DNA from: Rhynchobatus australiae
Lineage: Eukaryota
Direction: 5' to 3'
Length of the DNA: 64,000 nucleotides
NCBI GenBank assembly: GCA_034780895.1
Contig: JAUZTB010000118.1
Coordinates: 7,634,655 to 7,698,654, forward strand
Position numbers and translations under genes: made by a program. Below, one piece after another: positions 12,999 through 24,745 of the stretch; the stretch's first letter is position 1; each line of letters opens with the position of its first letter. The notes beneath the pieces were generated by a model that was not told where the DNA came from, did no database searches, and was given only the letters and a program-made list of their open reading frames with translations.

Positions 12999-13544
12999 GA
13001 TTTTATCCGTCCAAGTCAACAGACTTTGCTTGCTCCCAGCAAGTGGTAGGTTAAGCATATTTCATGGTGAACAACCTCTTTGCCAGTCAGAGGAGGTTCA
13101 GTCAATACACTTTGCTTTTGAGACCCTTTTCTCGGCTGCGGGCCAGCTGAGACCCTGTGCAGTTAGAGGGAGCTGGATAAAGCCAGTAAATGGGGAAGAA
13201 AAAAGAGAGGAATTTAAAGCAAAGAACAAAAGAATTTTTGAGAAATGAAAGGGGGAGAGAAAAAAAACAAAAGGTCCACTATTATAAGCTTTTCTTCCCT
13301 CTACGCTTGTGATACCAACCTTTCTGCTACTCCCACTTGATTAACACAGTTGAGACTTTGATGGATCAGATGGCAGATGGATGCTCTGATGTATTGCTCA
13401 CTTTTTTTATCTGAGTAAAGCACCAAAGCAAATACTTTCATATCCTCCAGCAGGAGGCTTGCTTCATTCCTTTTCTTTGGTTAAAAGTTAACAGTTTCTC
13501 AGGACGCTGGGATTTCTGTTACTGTGCACTGAGAAAGAGATAGA

Positions 13545-14110
13545 GAACTTGCATTTGGCTAAGACCCTTCACAAATTCAGGACTTACCGAAGCACTTTAC
13601 ACAAACAAGGCACTTTTGAAACGTTACCATCGTTACTCTGCAGAAAGTGCAGCAGCCACTTTGTTCACTGCGGGGTCTCACAAGCAACAATTGAACAAAC
13701 TGTCTGTTCCTTGAGAGATACGAATTGGCCATTGCACCAGAGAAACTCTTAATCTGCTCTCCAACTAATTGGTAATTGGTTTATTATTGTCACATCTACC
13801 AAGATTCAGTGTAAAGTTTAGTTTGCATGCCATCCAGACAGATCATTCCATACATAAGTACATATACATCGAGGTAGTACAAAAGGAAAACAACAACAGA
13901 ATGCAGAATATAGTGTAACAGTTACAGAGAAAGTGCAGTGCAGGTAGACATAAAGGTGCAAGGGCCATGACTAGGTAGGTTGAGAGATCAAGATTTCATC
14001 TTTATTGTTCAAGAGGTCCATTGAGAGAACAGATAGAGCCCTGGATTAATGTCCTGTCCAAAGGCAGCATTCCAAACCTCAGCAATGCAGGGAAGATCCA
14101 CCCTAGGTTA
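13545..14110 (-). mobile_element. Deu-domain SINE (SacSINE1/AmnSINE1-like), interrupted by Rex1 fragment
   Basis: Deu-like blocks (ttcacaaattcaggac...aagcactttac...cacttttgaa; gagagaacagatagagccctggattaatgtc...aaaggcagca) lie on either side of the 13766-14022 insert. Confidence 0.6.
13766..14022 (-). mobile_element. Rex1/Babar LINE 3' UTR fragment
   Basis: aattggtttattattgtcacat...gagaaagtgcagtgcaggtagaca..aaggtgcaagg, near-collinear with the Rex1 copy at 47770-48293. Confidence 0.7.
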
Positions 14111-14124
14111 TTCAACTGTCTTTA

Positions 14125-14670
14125 AGCTTCCAGCTGCCCATCACGATAATTGCCCACCACACTCCAATCTCTCTTGTCATTGACTGTTTCAGTGAAGTTC
14201 AACATGTGCTCAAGGAACAGCACTTCATCTTCTCTCTGGACCTATTACAGCCTTCAGAACCCAACAGTGAATTAAATATTTTCAGATTACCATCAAATTC
14301 AGTTCACTACCACATTTTCAGAGTTCAGTATTTTTCTGTCTCCTCCTCTGGCCTTTGAAGTTTCATTTGTCTCTCCCATTCACTCCTCTCCCTGACAGAA
14401 CTTTTGTTATCCACAAGCCTCCATCACTCTCTTTTTGCTGGTACCACCACAACTTATGTTCTTCAATCTCTCCTGGTCTCCACAATACCACAGTTCCATT
14501 TGTTCTCTCCAACCCTCCCCCCTTAACCTTCAAGTTCAAATTTGTGTTACTTTCACCTTTTCTCAGTTCTGATGAAAGGTCATTGACTTGAAACGTCAAC
14601 TCTGTTTCCCTCTACATAGACATTAACTGACCTGTTGAGTATTTTCACAATTCTCTGCTTTTACTTCAGG
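14125..14670 (+). mobile_element. Penelope-like element 3' remnant (GIY-YIG tail, UTR, pLTR)
   Basis: About 14190-14290 translates to CFSEVQHVLKEQHFIFSLDLLQPSEPNSELNIFR (degenerate PLE C-terminus). A pyrimidine-rich UTR and pLTR follow. Confidence 0.75.
14563..14603 (+). ncRNA. Minimal type I hammerhead ribozyme motif (PLE-associated)
   Basis: agtt-CTGATGA(14569-14575)-a-aggtc att gactt (stem II)-GAAAC-GTC-aact. Core boxes are intact, stem I is agtt/aact, and the palindromic ACGT forms a minimal stem III with a GUC cleavage triplet. Confidence 0.7.
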
Positions 14671-14754
14671 GAATGAAATCTTGGATTTGGGGAGAAGCAT
14701 TTGCTGATCTTGGGAATGGGTGGAGTCAAAGATTATAGAAGGTAGTTGATATCT

Positions 14755-15190
14755 CGCAGAGCAACACACAAGATGCTGGAGGAACACAGCGGGTCAGGCA
14801 GCATCTGTGGAGGGAAATGGACAGTTGATGTTTTGGAATGAGACCCTTCATCTGGACTGAAAGGTAGAAGGGAGATCGCCAGTATAAAAAGATGGAGGGA
14901 AGGGGTAGAGCAAGAGCTGGCAAATGATAGGTAATCCAGGTGAGGAGGGGTGATAGGCAGATGGAGGAGGGGTGATTAGCAAGGGGGTCAGAGAAAATCA
15001 GAGAGTGAGCTTGGGATCATGGGAGGTTGAAGNNNNNNNNNNNNNNNNNNNNNNNNNNNNNNNNNNNNNNNNNNNNNNNNNNNNNNNNNNNNNNNNNNNN
15101 NNNNNNNNNNNNNNNNNNNNNNNNNNNNNNNNGGTCGAAGAGAATCAGAGGCTAGGAGTGAGTATTGGTGATCAAAAGGGGAGATAGAAA
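14755..15190 (-). mobile_element. Penelope pLTR/UTR remnant with degenerate hammerhead
   Basis: gatgctggaggaacacagcgggtcaggcagcatctgtggagg pLTR signature. Minus strand reads cagatgaagggtctcattccaaaacatcaac (mutated core). Confidence 0.75.
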
Positions 15191-15729
15191 GGAAATTAAA
15201 AGAGACTCGCATTTAACTAGCACCATTCATGCCTCTTTCAAGGAATAATTATTGGCCATTACGTCTTCTGCCTCTTGGTAAATACTGCTACATGATCACT
15301 TATGCACACCGGAGAGGATGTAGAGTGCCCTGAATTAACATTTTGCCCGCAGGCAGCTTTCTGACACCTCTTTCTTCAGTGCATATTTTGCAATATAGAT
15401 CATGGACCTTGTCCTTCCTGCTTCCCTTCACCCTTTCCACAGCCCTGAGAAAATGAAAAGAGCTCTGGGAACCCCACTGTTGTTCTTCTCAGATAAACAT
15501 ATGTTCATCAGCAATCTTGGCCTCTTATTATTTATCCAATTACACACCCAACTTACTCTGCCCCTTTATTCCCATATGATGTTGTTTACTGAATATAATG
15601 TGGTTCCTTATCTAAAACCTATTTAAAGTTGATGTTTTCATCTACTCCATTTCTTTCATCTACTTTCTCAGTTGTTTAAGCAAAGCATCAGGCTAATCAG
15701 AACACCATATGTCTTCAGTATAATTTTTG

Positions 15730-16330
15730 CACTCGTTTCCAGAATGTGGATGTTGCCAGCAAAGCCTGCCTTTGCTGGCTATCCTTAATTGCATTTAATG
15801 CCATTCCCTTCAGCTTCAGTCCTGGTGAAGGTGTTCACACAGTGACACGATTTAAACCCAGCAACAATGCAGGAGTAGCCATAAAATTTCCAACTCAGGA
15901 CGTCATGGGACATGGTACCTGGAGGGGATGCTCTTCCCATGTAACTCCTGTGCTTGTCCCTAAAGGGGGCAAAGGTCACTGGTTCGCCAAGTGCTATTGA
16001 AGAAACCTTGGCAGACTGTTGTAGACTGTGCACACTGCGGCCTTGGTGCACTGAAGGTGCCAGTCAAGTAGACTGCTTTGTCCTGATGTTGTGAAGATTC
16101 TCAAAGGTTGTCAGTGTTGCACTCATCCAGGCAAGTGAAAAGTATTCTATCTTGTCTCTGACTTGTGCCGCACAGAGGGTAGAAAGGTTTTGGAAATCAG
16201 GAGGTGAGTTACTCACTGCAAGATACCAAGCCTCTGACCTGCTTCCGTAACAGCTTCAGTCACATTTCTGGTCAAAAGTGTCCCAGAGGATGTTCACAGG
16301 GGGCTTGATGATGGTAATCTCCATGAAAGA
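15730..16330 (-). mobile_element. Old CR1/L2-group LINE 3' fragment
   Basis: Collinear with 8090-8900 (ggtgaaggt..cacagtg; gcactcatccaggcaagtg; tgacttgtgcc; ccaagcctctgacc). Confidence 0.7.
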
Positions 16331-17184
16331 CTCTTTCATCCAATAATCTTTTTGAACAATGCACCATGAAAAAAATACTTTTCAAAGAAATGTATTTTAA
16401 TCTCTGATGACTGCTTCCTTTATTTCAAGTATTTCTCTTTCATTTCATTTCTCGTGCTGTTTCTTTGCATTAATTTGCTTTTATATAAATCCAGCTATCG
16501 TTAAACTCTTAGAGAAAGCAGTAAAAACCTGCTGTGCGTTCCACAACATCTCTGCAGCAATATGTAATAGTTAAGGGTTAATTGATAGTCTGAAAGGATT
16601 CTATCCCATTCATAGCAGGAATAATGGTGCAGATTTCATTTCATTGAAGGCTTATTCACACTGTGTAAATTGTATATCAACCCTTGTCATGAAAATGTAT
16701 CCCCAACAATAATAGGCACATTTTCAGTGTCTCCTGTAAAGTTCACATCATAGGTTTTCATGGATTGAAAGACATCAGGCNNNNNNNNNNNNNNNNNNNN
16801 NNNNNNNNNNNNNNNNNNNNNNNNNNNNNNNNNNNNNNNNNNNNNNNNNNNNNNNNNNNNNNNNNNNNNNNNNNNNCGGATATATTTAGAGTCCGGGAAA
16901 GAGGATTTCCTGGAAGAGGATTCCCTATATTCCAGCACCTATGGCCCTGGGTGGAATGTGAATTAGCACCATCACAAAATAAATAGAAGGTTGCTGAGGC
17001 TGAACCCATCACTTCCAATTGGACCTGGCAAACTCCTCCTGGTTGGTCACCTGGGCGTCACAGTGGTGGTCTTCACCTTACGGTCTTAAGGATCACTGGT
17101 GGACGGCATTGACCCTCTGGACTTGGAAAATCCTCATGGATTTTCCACGTGCTCATACCAAATGAGCTCTTGTGGAAATCGAAA

Positions 17185-17318
17185 AGCAAAATAAAAACTG
17201 CTGATACTGGAGATCTGAAATAAAAGTAGAAATGCTGCAGATACATAGTTGTCAGGCAACATCTTGTGGACAAAGGATCAGAATTAACATTACAAGTTGA
17301 TGACATTCCATCAGAACT
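17185..17318 (-). mobile_element. Penelope pLTR remnant
   Basis: aaaactgctgatactggagatctgaaataaaag...gtcaggcaacatc; minus strand agttctgatgg...ttgtaatgttaattctg is a decayed hammerhead. Confidence 0.65.
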
Positions 17319-18140
17319 CTCAAGATGTAACATAACGGGAGCAGGGACAAAATGTAGTCCTCAGATGAAGAAGCGTTCTATAAATGGTGTCAGCTCAGAA
17401 ACAGCATTGGAGAGAATTTCTCTACACTATGGGTGATCAAGACAGATACTTGGGCAAGGATTGGTTGAGACGTGGAAATCAGGCTCATATATAAAGCAAA
17501 ACAACCAAGTATGTTCTTTCAGTTGGGTGTACCCGCATTCTGTGAAAAATTACCCCAAATTTTGTGACAGCATTTCCCAATTACCTCATTAAAAGTTTTC
17601 CAATGTTGAATTGATTCTACTTTAATTGATAATTATAATCAAGGCAAGCTGCAAGGAGAAATTAAGTGTTAAACTCACCTGTCTCATTCAATGGATTGGA
17701 AAGCCTGAATTCTTTCAGCGTTTCCCTAAGTTCTCCTGGCACTGTTGCTTTGTTTTTATTATCAATTAAAGTAGANNNNNNNNNNNNNNNNNNNNNNNNN
17801 NNNNNNNNNNNNNNNNNNNNNNNNNNNNNNNNNNNNNNNNNNNNNNNNNNNNNNNNNNNNNNNNNNNNNNNNNNNNNNNNNNNNNNNNNNNNNNNNNNNN
17901 NNNNNNNNNNNNNNNNNNNNNNNNNNNNNNNNNNNNNNNNNNNNNNNNNNNNNNNNNNNNNNNNNNNNNNNNNNNNNNNNNNNNNNNNNNNNNNNNNNNN
18001 NNNNNNNNNNNNNNNNNNNNNNNNNNNNNNNNNNNNNNNNNNNNNNNNNNNNNNNNNNNNNNNNNNNNNNNNNNNNNNNNNNNNNNNNNNNNNNNNNNNN
18101 NNNNNNNNNNNNNNNNNNNNNNNNNNNNNNNNNNNNNNNN

Positions 18141-18290
18141 GATGCTGGAAATCTGGAGCAACACACAAAGGAGCTGGAGGAACTCAGCGGGTCAGGAGCG
18201 TCTATGGAGTGAGATGGACAGTTGACGTTTCGGGTCGAGACCCTTCCCAAAATGTCAGCTGTCCATTTCCCTCCATGGATGCTCCTGACA
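18141..18290. mobile_element. Fold-back Penelope pLTR remnant
   Basis: Arms 18191-18234 and 18246-18289 are reverse complements. Minus strand keeps gaagggtctcgacccGAAACGTC (hammerhead stem II plus GAAAC/GUC), but the CTGAT box is lost at the inversion. Confidence 0.8.
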
Positions 18291-19674
18291 AGCAGATAAG
18301 AAAGATTTGTTGTTATATGGTGCTGTTAATGGATGCCAAAAAGTGTTTTACAGCCTGTTATGTACTTTTACAGTGTGATCACTTAGCACATTGTAAGTTC
18401 TCATTGAGACCAATTTAATAATGACAAGATTGCCTATTGGAGCTTGAAGAATAAACATTGAGCAAAACTTGACAGATTACTCTCCCTATCTAACTTTCAC
18501 ATTGATGACTCATTTGACAGTATTCTTGCTTTTGATTCAGAAGGTTGTGGGATGTAGCTGCATTCTACGCTGCAAAAAAATCTAGCCAAGCCAATTACTG
18601 CCCCAAAAGCCTCCTCCCAGTAATAGAAGGCGCAGTCAATCGCGTACTGAAGTAATACCCATTCCTTATAACCTGCTCTTTGTAAAGTTCAGTCTCTACC
18701 ACTCATTTCCTGACAGACAGAGCAGGGGATGAGGGCCAAAGGAGAAAGTAATTACATGTGATATCAAGGCAGGATTCAACTAAGTCTGTCACCAAGAAGT
18801 TCCAACAATACTGAATTCACAACTTTCTGTAGTTATTCCCCCCATTTGTGTATTGCCCTGAATTGCAGGACTTATTTTCCCATGGCAAGCTTTTGAGGAG
18901 CTTATGAACTGTTCTCTGCAGTAGGTAGCTTCTCTGTCTCTGAACTGAGGAGAAGGATATAGGAAAGAGGGAAGTAGATCAATATTAAGGGTTCTGGCAA
19001 TTCATTTACCCTTGATCCTCCATTACCTGAGAGATTTACCTGGAAATTGGATTGCACAGCATTGTTTTTCTCTCAAAGTGCCCCACAATCCAAAATTGAT
19101 TTTAGCAATCATTTGCAGGCAAAATTACACCAAACGCAAAATTACACCAAACACAAAATTGGACTGATGATCAGTCCATAAAAGCACGATCCACTTATCA
19201 TCTACAACACGTTTCCATGAGGGAAAAGGGAGGCTGCATGTGAGAAGTTCTTCATAACACGTATTTCTGTGCTTCCAACTGTAGAGTCAGTAATCCTCCT
19301 GAAATCACCTGGGCCATGCTTGTGCTATGATACAGGATAATCAATGAGCCAAACGTGTGCTTTTAAGGACTAGCCATTAGTTCCAAGTACTGCACAGAAA
19401 AGTGGCAAAAGTTGTGTAACACTGATGCTGCTCCCATCAGAACTCACGTAGGTTGCAATTCAATGAATCTTTTGAGGCAATCCCACGTGAACACTGTTAT
19501 ACACTTGCTTTTAACCGATTTTGGAGAGATCCATTTTGGCTCTATTTCTAGCACACCTATTAAGGTATAAAGTAATTTCTAGACGTTTAATCTTTGTTGC
19601 ATGACTATACAGAGACATTAATTGGAAATCATATAGTCCTACAAAGGGAACTAAAAGATTTCAGACAGACGTGG

Positions 19675-20010
19675 GGAAGGAGAGAGGTAAATGAGGAGGT
19701 CATATTGTGGGGGGGGGGGGGGTGAAGAAGAGAGGAGAGGAAAGAAAAAAAGAAAGAGAGAGAAGAGAGAATGAGAGAACAGGGAGAGACTGAAAGATGA
19801 AGAGAGAGCAGGGGAAAGAGATAGAGATGGGGAGAAAGAGAACAAGGAGGAAGAAAGAGAGAGAAAAAGAGATAGATAGAAGAAGAGGGGGGTATGATAG
19901 ATGGGAGGAGAAAGAGATGGCAGGATGAGGGGGAAAAGGAAGAGAGTGAGGAAGACAGGGAGAGAGGGGAAAGAGAAAGAGCAGGGGAAGGAGAGAAATA
20001 GAAAAAGGAA
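19675..20010. repeat. GA-rich low-complexity tract with G-homopolymer
   Basis: Almost purely purine sequence (gagagaga, aagaaaga) with a poly-G run at about 19709-19722. Confidence 0.9.
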
Positions 20011-20044
20011 AATGTTGATTGATTGGTTGATTAATTTATTTGAT

Positions 20045-20225
20045 TTATTGGTCTTCACAACCTCAGCACCTACCAAAGCACTTCATAGCTAATGAAGTAA
20101 TTCTGAGGTGCAGTCAGAAATGTGTTAACCAATTCGTAGGCAACAAGGTCTCACAAACATGAATGTGATAATGATCAGACTTTTTATTATTGAAGTTGTT
20201 TGAGGGATAAATAGAGGCCATGAGG
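20045..20225 (-). mobile_element. Deu-domain SINE fragment
   Basis: ttcacaacctcagcacctaccaaagcacttcatagctaatgaagta...gtctcacaaaca..atgtgataatgatcaga...tgagggataaatagaggcca. Confidence 0.6.
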
Positions 20226-21064
20226 GAAAGTTGCTGCAGACTGCTTACATGTGTCTGCTTATAAAAATGTTATGTGGCAAATGGAGGTTCTGAATGTGCT
20301 TTTGTATGGCAGCTGGCATTGCAAAGCCACTATGGACCTTCCAAATTGAGAAAATTTATATTGAGTGCAGAGCCAGCCAAGTACTAAGAATACAAGCCAA
20401 AATTAAGTTGGCTGAAAATTCAATGGTAAGGCAATGCTGTGAGACATCCATGTATTATGTTTGATAAAAATATGCATATGAGGTAGATATATAGATCAAT
20501 GTAAATTATCAGCTGCCACATTCCCCTCATCGGCGTTCAAATGACGTTAGGGGCAGCTTGGAAATTTAAGGACATGATATATGACATCAGTATTAAGGTG
20601 AATGCCAGCATCAAGAATCTGCATCTTATTTAAAACCTAAGGATAATTATTCAGTTTCGGTCGTCATCAAAATCAGAGGAGTTAGAAGGGCTGTGGGTTT
20701 ACATTTTATAGATTACACACCAGCCAGAACTCTTTAACTAGAGTTCCAACAGGACCTCTGGAAGAACACCATGGAAAATGACCAAGCTTCTGCTAATCTG
20801 TCTTAATCAGTGGACAGCTCATTCACAGGTGGTTCCAAATAGCTGGTTATGAATTCCACAGGTGGGGTCCAGGCCAAATCTGAACTCCCATGCATGGAAC
20901 CATCATTGGCGAGTGTGCCTTTAGTTGTCTAGGTGCTAAGCTCCTTCTGGAAGCCTCTCAAACTCCTTTGACATTGTATGAAATCTTATTTCCATGAACA
21001 AGCTTTTGCTCACCTGCCTCCTGTGTGAAAACTTCTTTCATATCTCTTTTGTGAGGCTCCTGGA

Positions 21065-21102
21065 GTTGTTGTTGTTGTTGTTGTTGTTGTCATCGTCGTC
21101 AT
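21065..21102. repeat. (GTT)n/(GTC)n microsatellite at CR1 tail
   Basis: gttgttgttgttgttgttgttgttgtcatcgtcgtcat directly abuts the CR1 3' end. Confidence 0.9.
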
Positions 21103-21439
21103 CGAATCACAGAGTCATACAGCATGGAAACAAATCCTTTGGCCCAACAGGTCCATGCTGGCCAAGATTCCTATTTAAGCTCGTCCCATTTGCCCACGTT
21201 AGGCCCACATCCCTCTAAACCTTTCCATATCCATGTACCTGTCCAAGTACCTTTTAAATGTTGTTGATGTACCTGCCTCAACTACTCCTCTGGCAGCTCA
21301 TTCCACTTACTGACCGTTCTCTGGGTAAAAAAATTGCCCCTCAGGTTCCTAATAAATCTCTTATCTCTCACCTAAAACCTATGCCCTCTAGTTCTTCATT
21401 CCCCCAACCCTGGAAAAAGACTGTGCTCATTTGCTCTAT
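21103..21439 (-). mobile_element. CR1 LINE 3' fragment (runs into gap)
   Basis: Collinear with 8999-9360 (cagcatggaaaca..ggccc; aaacctatgccctctagtt). Confidence 0.85.
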
Positions 21440-23089
21440 NNNNNNNNNNNNNNNNNNNNNNNNNNNNNNNNNNNNNNNNNNNNNNNNNNNNNNNNNNNNN
21501 NNNNNNNNNNNNNNNNNNNNNNNNNNNNNNNNNNNNNNNNNNNNNNNNNNNNNNNNNNNNNNNNNNNNNNNNNNNNNNNNNNNNNNNNNNNNNNNNNNNN
21601 NNNNNNNNNNNNNNNNNNNNNNNNNNNNNNNNNNNNNNNNNNNNNNNNNNNNNNNNNNNNNNNNNNNNNNNNNNNNNNNNNNNNNNNNNNNNNNNNNNNN
21701 NNNNNNNNNNNNNNNNNNNNNNNNNNNNNNNNNNNNNNNNNNNNNNNNNNNNNNNNNNNNNNNNNNNNNNNNNNNNNNNNNNNNNNNNNNNNNNNNNNNN
21801 NNNNNNNNNNNNNNNNNNNNNNNNNNNNNNNNNNNNNNNNNNNNNNNNNNNNNNNNNNNNNNNNNNNNNNNNNNNNNNNNNNNNNNNNNNNNNNNNNNNN
21901 NNNNNNNNNNNNNNNNNNNNNNNNNNNNNNNNNNNNNNNNNNNNNNNNNNNNNNNNNNNNNNNNNNNNNNNNNNNNNNNNNNNNNNNNNNNNNNNNNNNN
22001 NNNNNNNNNNNNNNNNNNNNNNNNNNNNNNNNNNNNNNNNNNNNNNNNNNNNNNNNNNNNNNNNNNNNNNNNNNNNNNNNNNNNNNNNNNNNNNNNNNNN
22101 NNNNNNNNNNNNNNNNNNNNNNNNNNNNNNNNNNNNNNNNNNNNNNNNNNNNNNNNNNNNNNNNNNNNNNNNNNNNNNNNNNNNNNNNNNNNNNNNNNNN
22201 NNNNNNNNNNNNNNNNNNNNNNNNNNNNNNNNNNNNNNNNNNNNNNNNNNNNNNNNGAGGGCTCAGATGGTTTTAGGACTGGAGGTGGTTACAGAGATAG
22301 GAAGAGGGAAGGCCTTGGAGGGATTAGGAAAGATGGATAAGAATTTTCATATCTTTACTCAGATGAAAGGCTGTGCAGGAAGGAAGGAGCAACAAAGGCA
22401 GAGATTCAGCTTGTTGGAGGATGGGATGAGTAACCACAGAAATCATTGCTTTTCGAAGGGAAAAATAAATTAAATAGGAACCTTAGAACTTTGGAATAAA
22501 AGTATTTACTGCCTCAGGGCTGCTGTGTCATAGAATGAGATGATAGATGCTCTGTGAGCTCACTCATAACAAATGCTTTTCTCGATTTCCCTTAATATCT
22601 TTGGTTAACAAAACTCTATCAATCTTGGATTTAAAAGCAACAACTGACCAGTGTTTGCAGCAAACAGCTTCAAACTTCTATCACCATTTGCAATAGAAGA
22701 ATTTCCCAACTCCACTCCTGATAAGACTGGCTCTGATAACCAGGCTGTGCATCCTAGACTTAGACACCTTCATCAGCAGATAATGTTTCTCGATATCAAC
22801 CTACCTCATCTGCTTCTTCCTCCGCTAATACTCTGAATACTTTGATCAAATTATCCCTATGAAATCCAGGTTAATTTGCATAATATATCATCATAATTTA
22901 GCCCTTTAAGTTTGGGAATCTTTCTGGTAAATTCACACAGTCAGAACCAAAGATCAGAATTGAACCTAGGTCACCGGAGCTGCAGGCCGGTAACTCTAAT
23001 TTGCTGCAGCAAGCAGCCACCATGGACATAATGGGCTGCGTGGATTCCTTCTGTACTGAAAACATTTATTGTCCTGGAGTTCAGATTCA

Positions 23090-23880
23090 TACATAGAAGA
23101 CAGAACAGTACAGCACAGGAACAGGCCATTCAGCCCACGATGTCTGTGCCAAACGTAATGCCAAATTAAACTGAATCTATCTGCCTGCATATGATCCATA
23201 TCCCTTCATTCCCTCAATGTTAAAATCCCTGTCTAAGTGCCTCTTAAACATCATTGTCACGTCTGCTTCCACCGTCACCACTCCTGGCAGCATGTTCCAG
23301 GCACCTGCCACTCCCTGTGGAAAAAACTTATGCAGTACTTTCTCTTTGAACATTCCCCATCTCACCGCAAAGCTATGTCCTCTAGCTTTTGACATTTCTA
23401 TCCAAGGAAAAAGAATCTGACTATTTATCCTCCCTACACTTCTCATAATTTTATAAGCCTCTATCAGGTCTCTCCTCAGCCTCTGATGCTCCACAGAAAC
23501 CAATCCAAGTTTTTTCGATTTCTCCTTATAGCTATTATTCTCTAATCCAGGCAGCATCCTGGTGAACCTCTTCTGCACCTTGCCCAGAGCCTCCACATCC
23601 TTCCTGTAGTGCGGCTACCAGAACTGCACACAATACTCCTCATGTGGCCTAACCAAAGATTTATACAGCTGCAACATGACTTTCTGATTCTGATACTCAA
23701 ATGTCCCAACCAGTGCAGGCAACCATGCCACACACCTATCTACTTGTGTTCATGCTTTCAGGGAGCTATGGACTTGGACCTCAAGATCCCTCTGTACAAC
23801 AATGCTTCTAAGTGTCCTTCCATTAACTGTGTACTTTCCTTTTACACTTGACCTCAAGTCATCATCTCGCACTTGCTTCA
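23090..23880 (-). mobile_element. CR1 LINE ORF2 C-terminal fragment and 3' UTR
   Basis: ORF 23177..23596(-) reads ALGKVQKRFTRMLPGLENNSYKEKSKKLGLVSVEHQRLRRDLIEAYKIM...RGHSFAVR...FFPQGVAGAWNMLP. Confidence 0.9.
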
Positions 23881-23914
23881 TAAGAACATTACCTTCCCCT
23901 GTAGCACAGTATAA

Positions 23915-24033
23915 GGACATTGAGTATAAGAGTCAGAAAGTCATGATGCAGCTGTTTCAAACTTTGGTTTAGCCACATTAGGAGTTTTTGTGCAGTTCTG
24001 ATCGCCAGTGTACAGGACGGATGTGGGGGCTTT
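23915..24033 (+). mobile_element. Short CR1 fragment inverted relative to the neighbouring CR1
   Basis: Imperfect reverse complement of 23590-23706 (IEYKSQKVMMQLFQTLV). Confidence 0.7.
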
Positions 24034-24665
24034 CAATTATCATTCAGATGAATGAGTTTCTCTCTATATTTTTCCAATCTGTTTACCTGCCATGACATAT
24101 AAATGGAGCAGTTCTATTATCAAATAAAACAATAGATACTGTATGAGAGCTCATCCAAATCAGATTTTGGCATTAATCATCACTGGGTATTTGAGTCAGC
24201 TGCCAATCCCGATGCAATATGTTTTGGTGCTTAGTGCTAAAAGTGTGTAGTCTGAGACTATTTTTACTGCTGTACTTAATCTTTGTTCGCACATGGTCTC
24301 AAAACAGATGGTTCATGGCACTTGTAGATATCTAGTGCTGTAAAGTTCCTGGTTATGTCTCAAATCTATGCAGTGCTCAAAATGTAGCCTGAGAGAACCT
24401 TTCACAGCTCTACAGCATTGACATCAAATATAAGTCAGAAATCTTGAAAGAGAAATCAATTTTCCTGGCTGCTTACATGTTCACTACTCAGTGTGAGGAG
24501 GGATGGGTGGGGGCAGCGGGATGAGCATATTATGGAGTCACGGAGAGAGTNNNNNNNNNNAGGCGATTTGGGACGGGGGAGGTGGGATGTGGGGGAATAA
24601 AAACTCTCAGTAAAAGAAGAAAGCTGCAAATGTTTCTCATGTAAATCTCCTGTTGTTTACTGCAG

Positions 24666-24745
24666 AAAGAACAAAGAAGAACTGAAGAGCTGTGTAAAAG
24701 AGGCTGAGCAGAGAGATTCCAGAGCAAGGCAACATCAAGCAGAAG
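24666..24745 (+). CDS. Candidate internal coding exon (80 nt; KNKEELKSCVKEAEQRDSRARQHQAE), coiled-coil-like, gene unidentified
   Basis: Branch-like ttctcat (about 24634-24640), acceptor ctcctgttgtttactgcAG, donor AAG|gttagc. Only one of three frames is open. Contains purine-rich GAAGAA enhancer-like motifs in unique sequence. Confidence 0.45.

Noticed and set aside
19651-20092. 141-aa L/S/F-rich and 63-aa R/K/E-rich ORFs
   Set aside because: Products of a GA low-complexity tract that lacks stop codons.
20313-20425. Possible plus-strand exon (GIAKPLWTFQIEKIYIECRASQVLRIQAKIKLAENSM, donor ATG|gtaagg)
   Set aside because: Mediocre acceptor, no recognisable protein, and its phase is incompatible with direct splicing to 24666. 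It cannot be distinguished from chance.
21258-22340. Long ORFs (e.g. 360 aa here, also 17666..18418, 32369..33241, 2882..3358)
   Set aside because: They are open only because they run through N-gaps (X residues).
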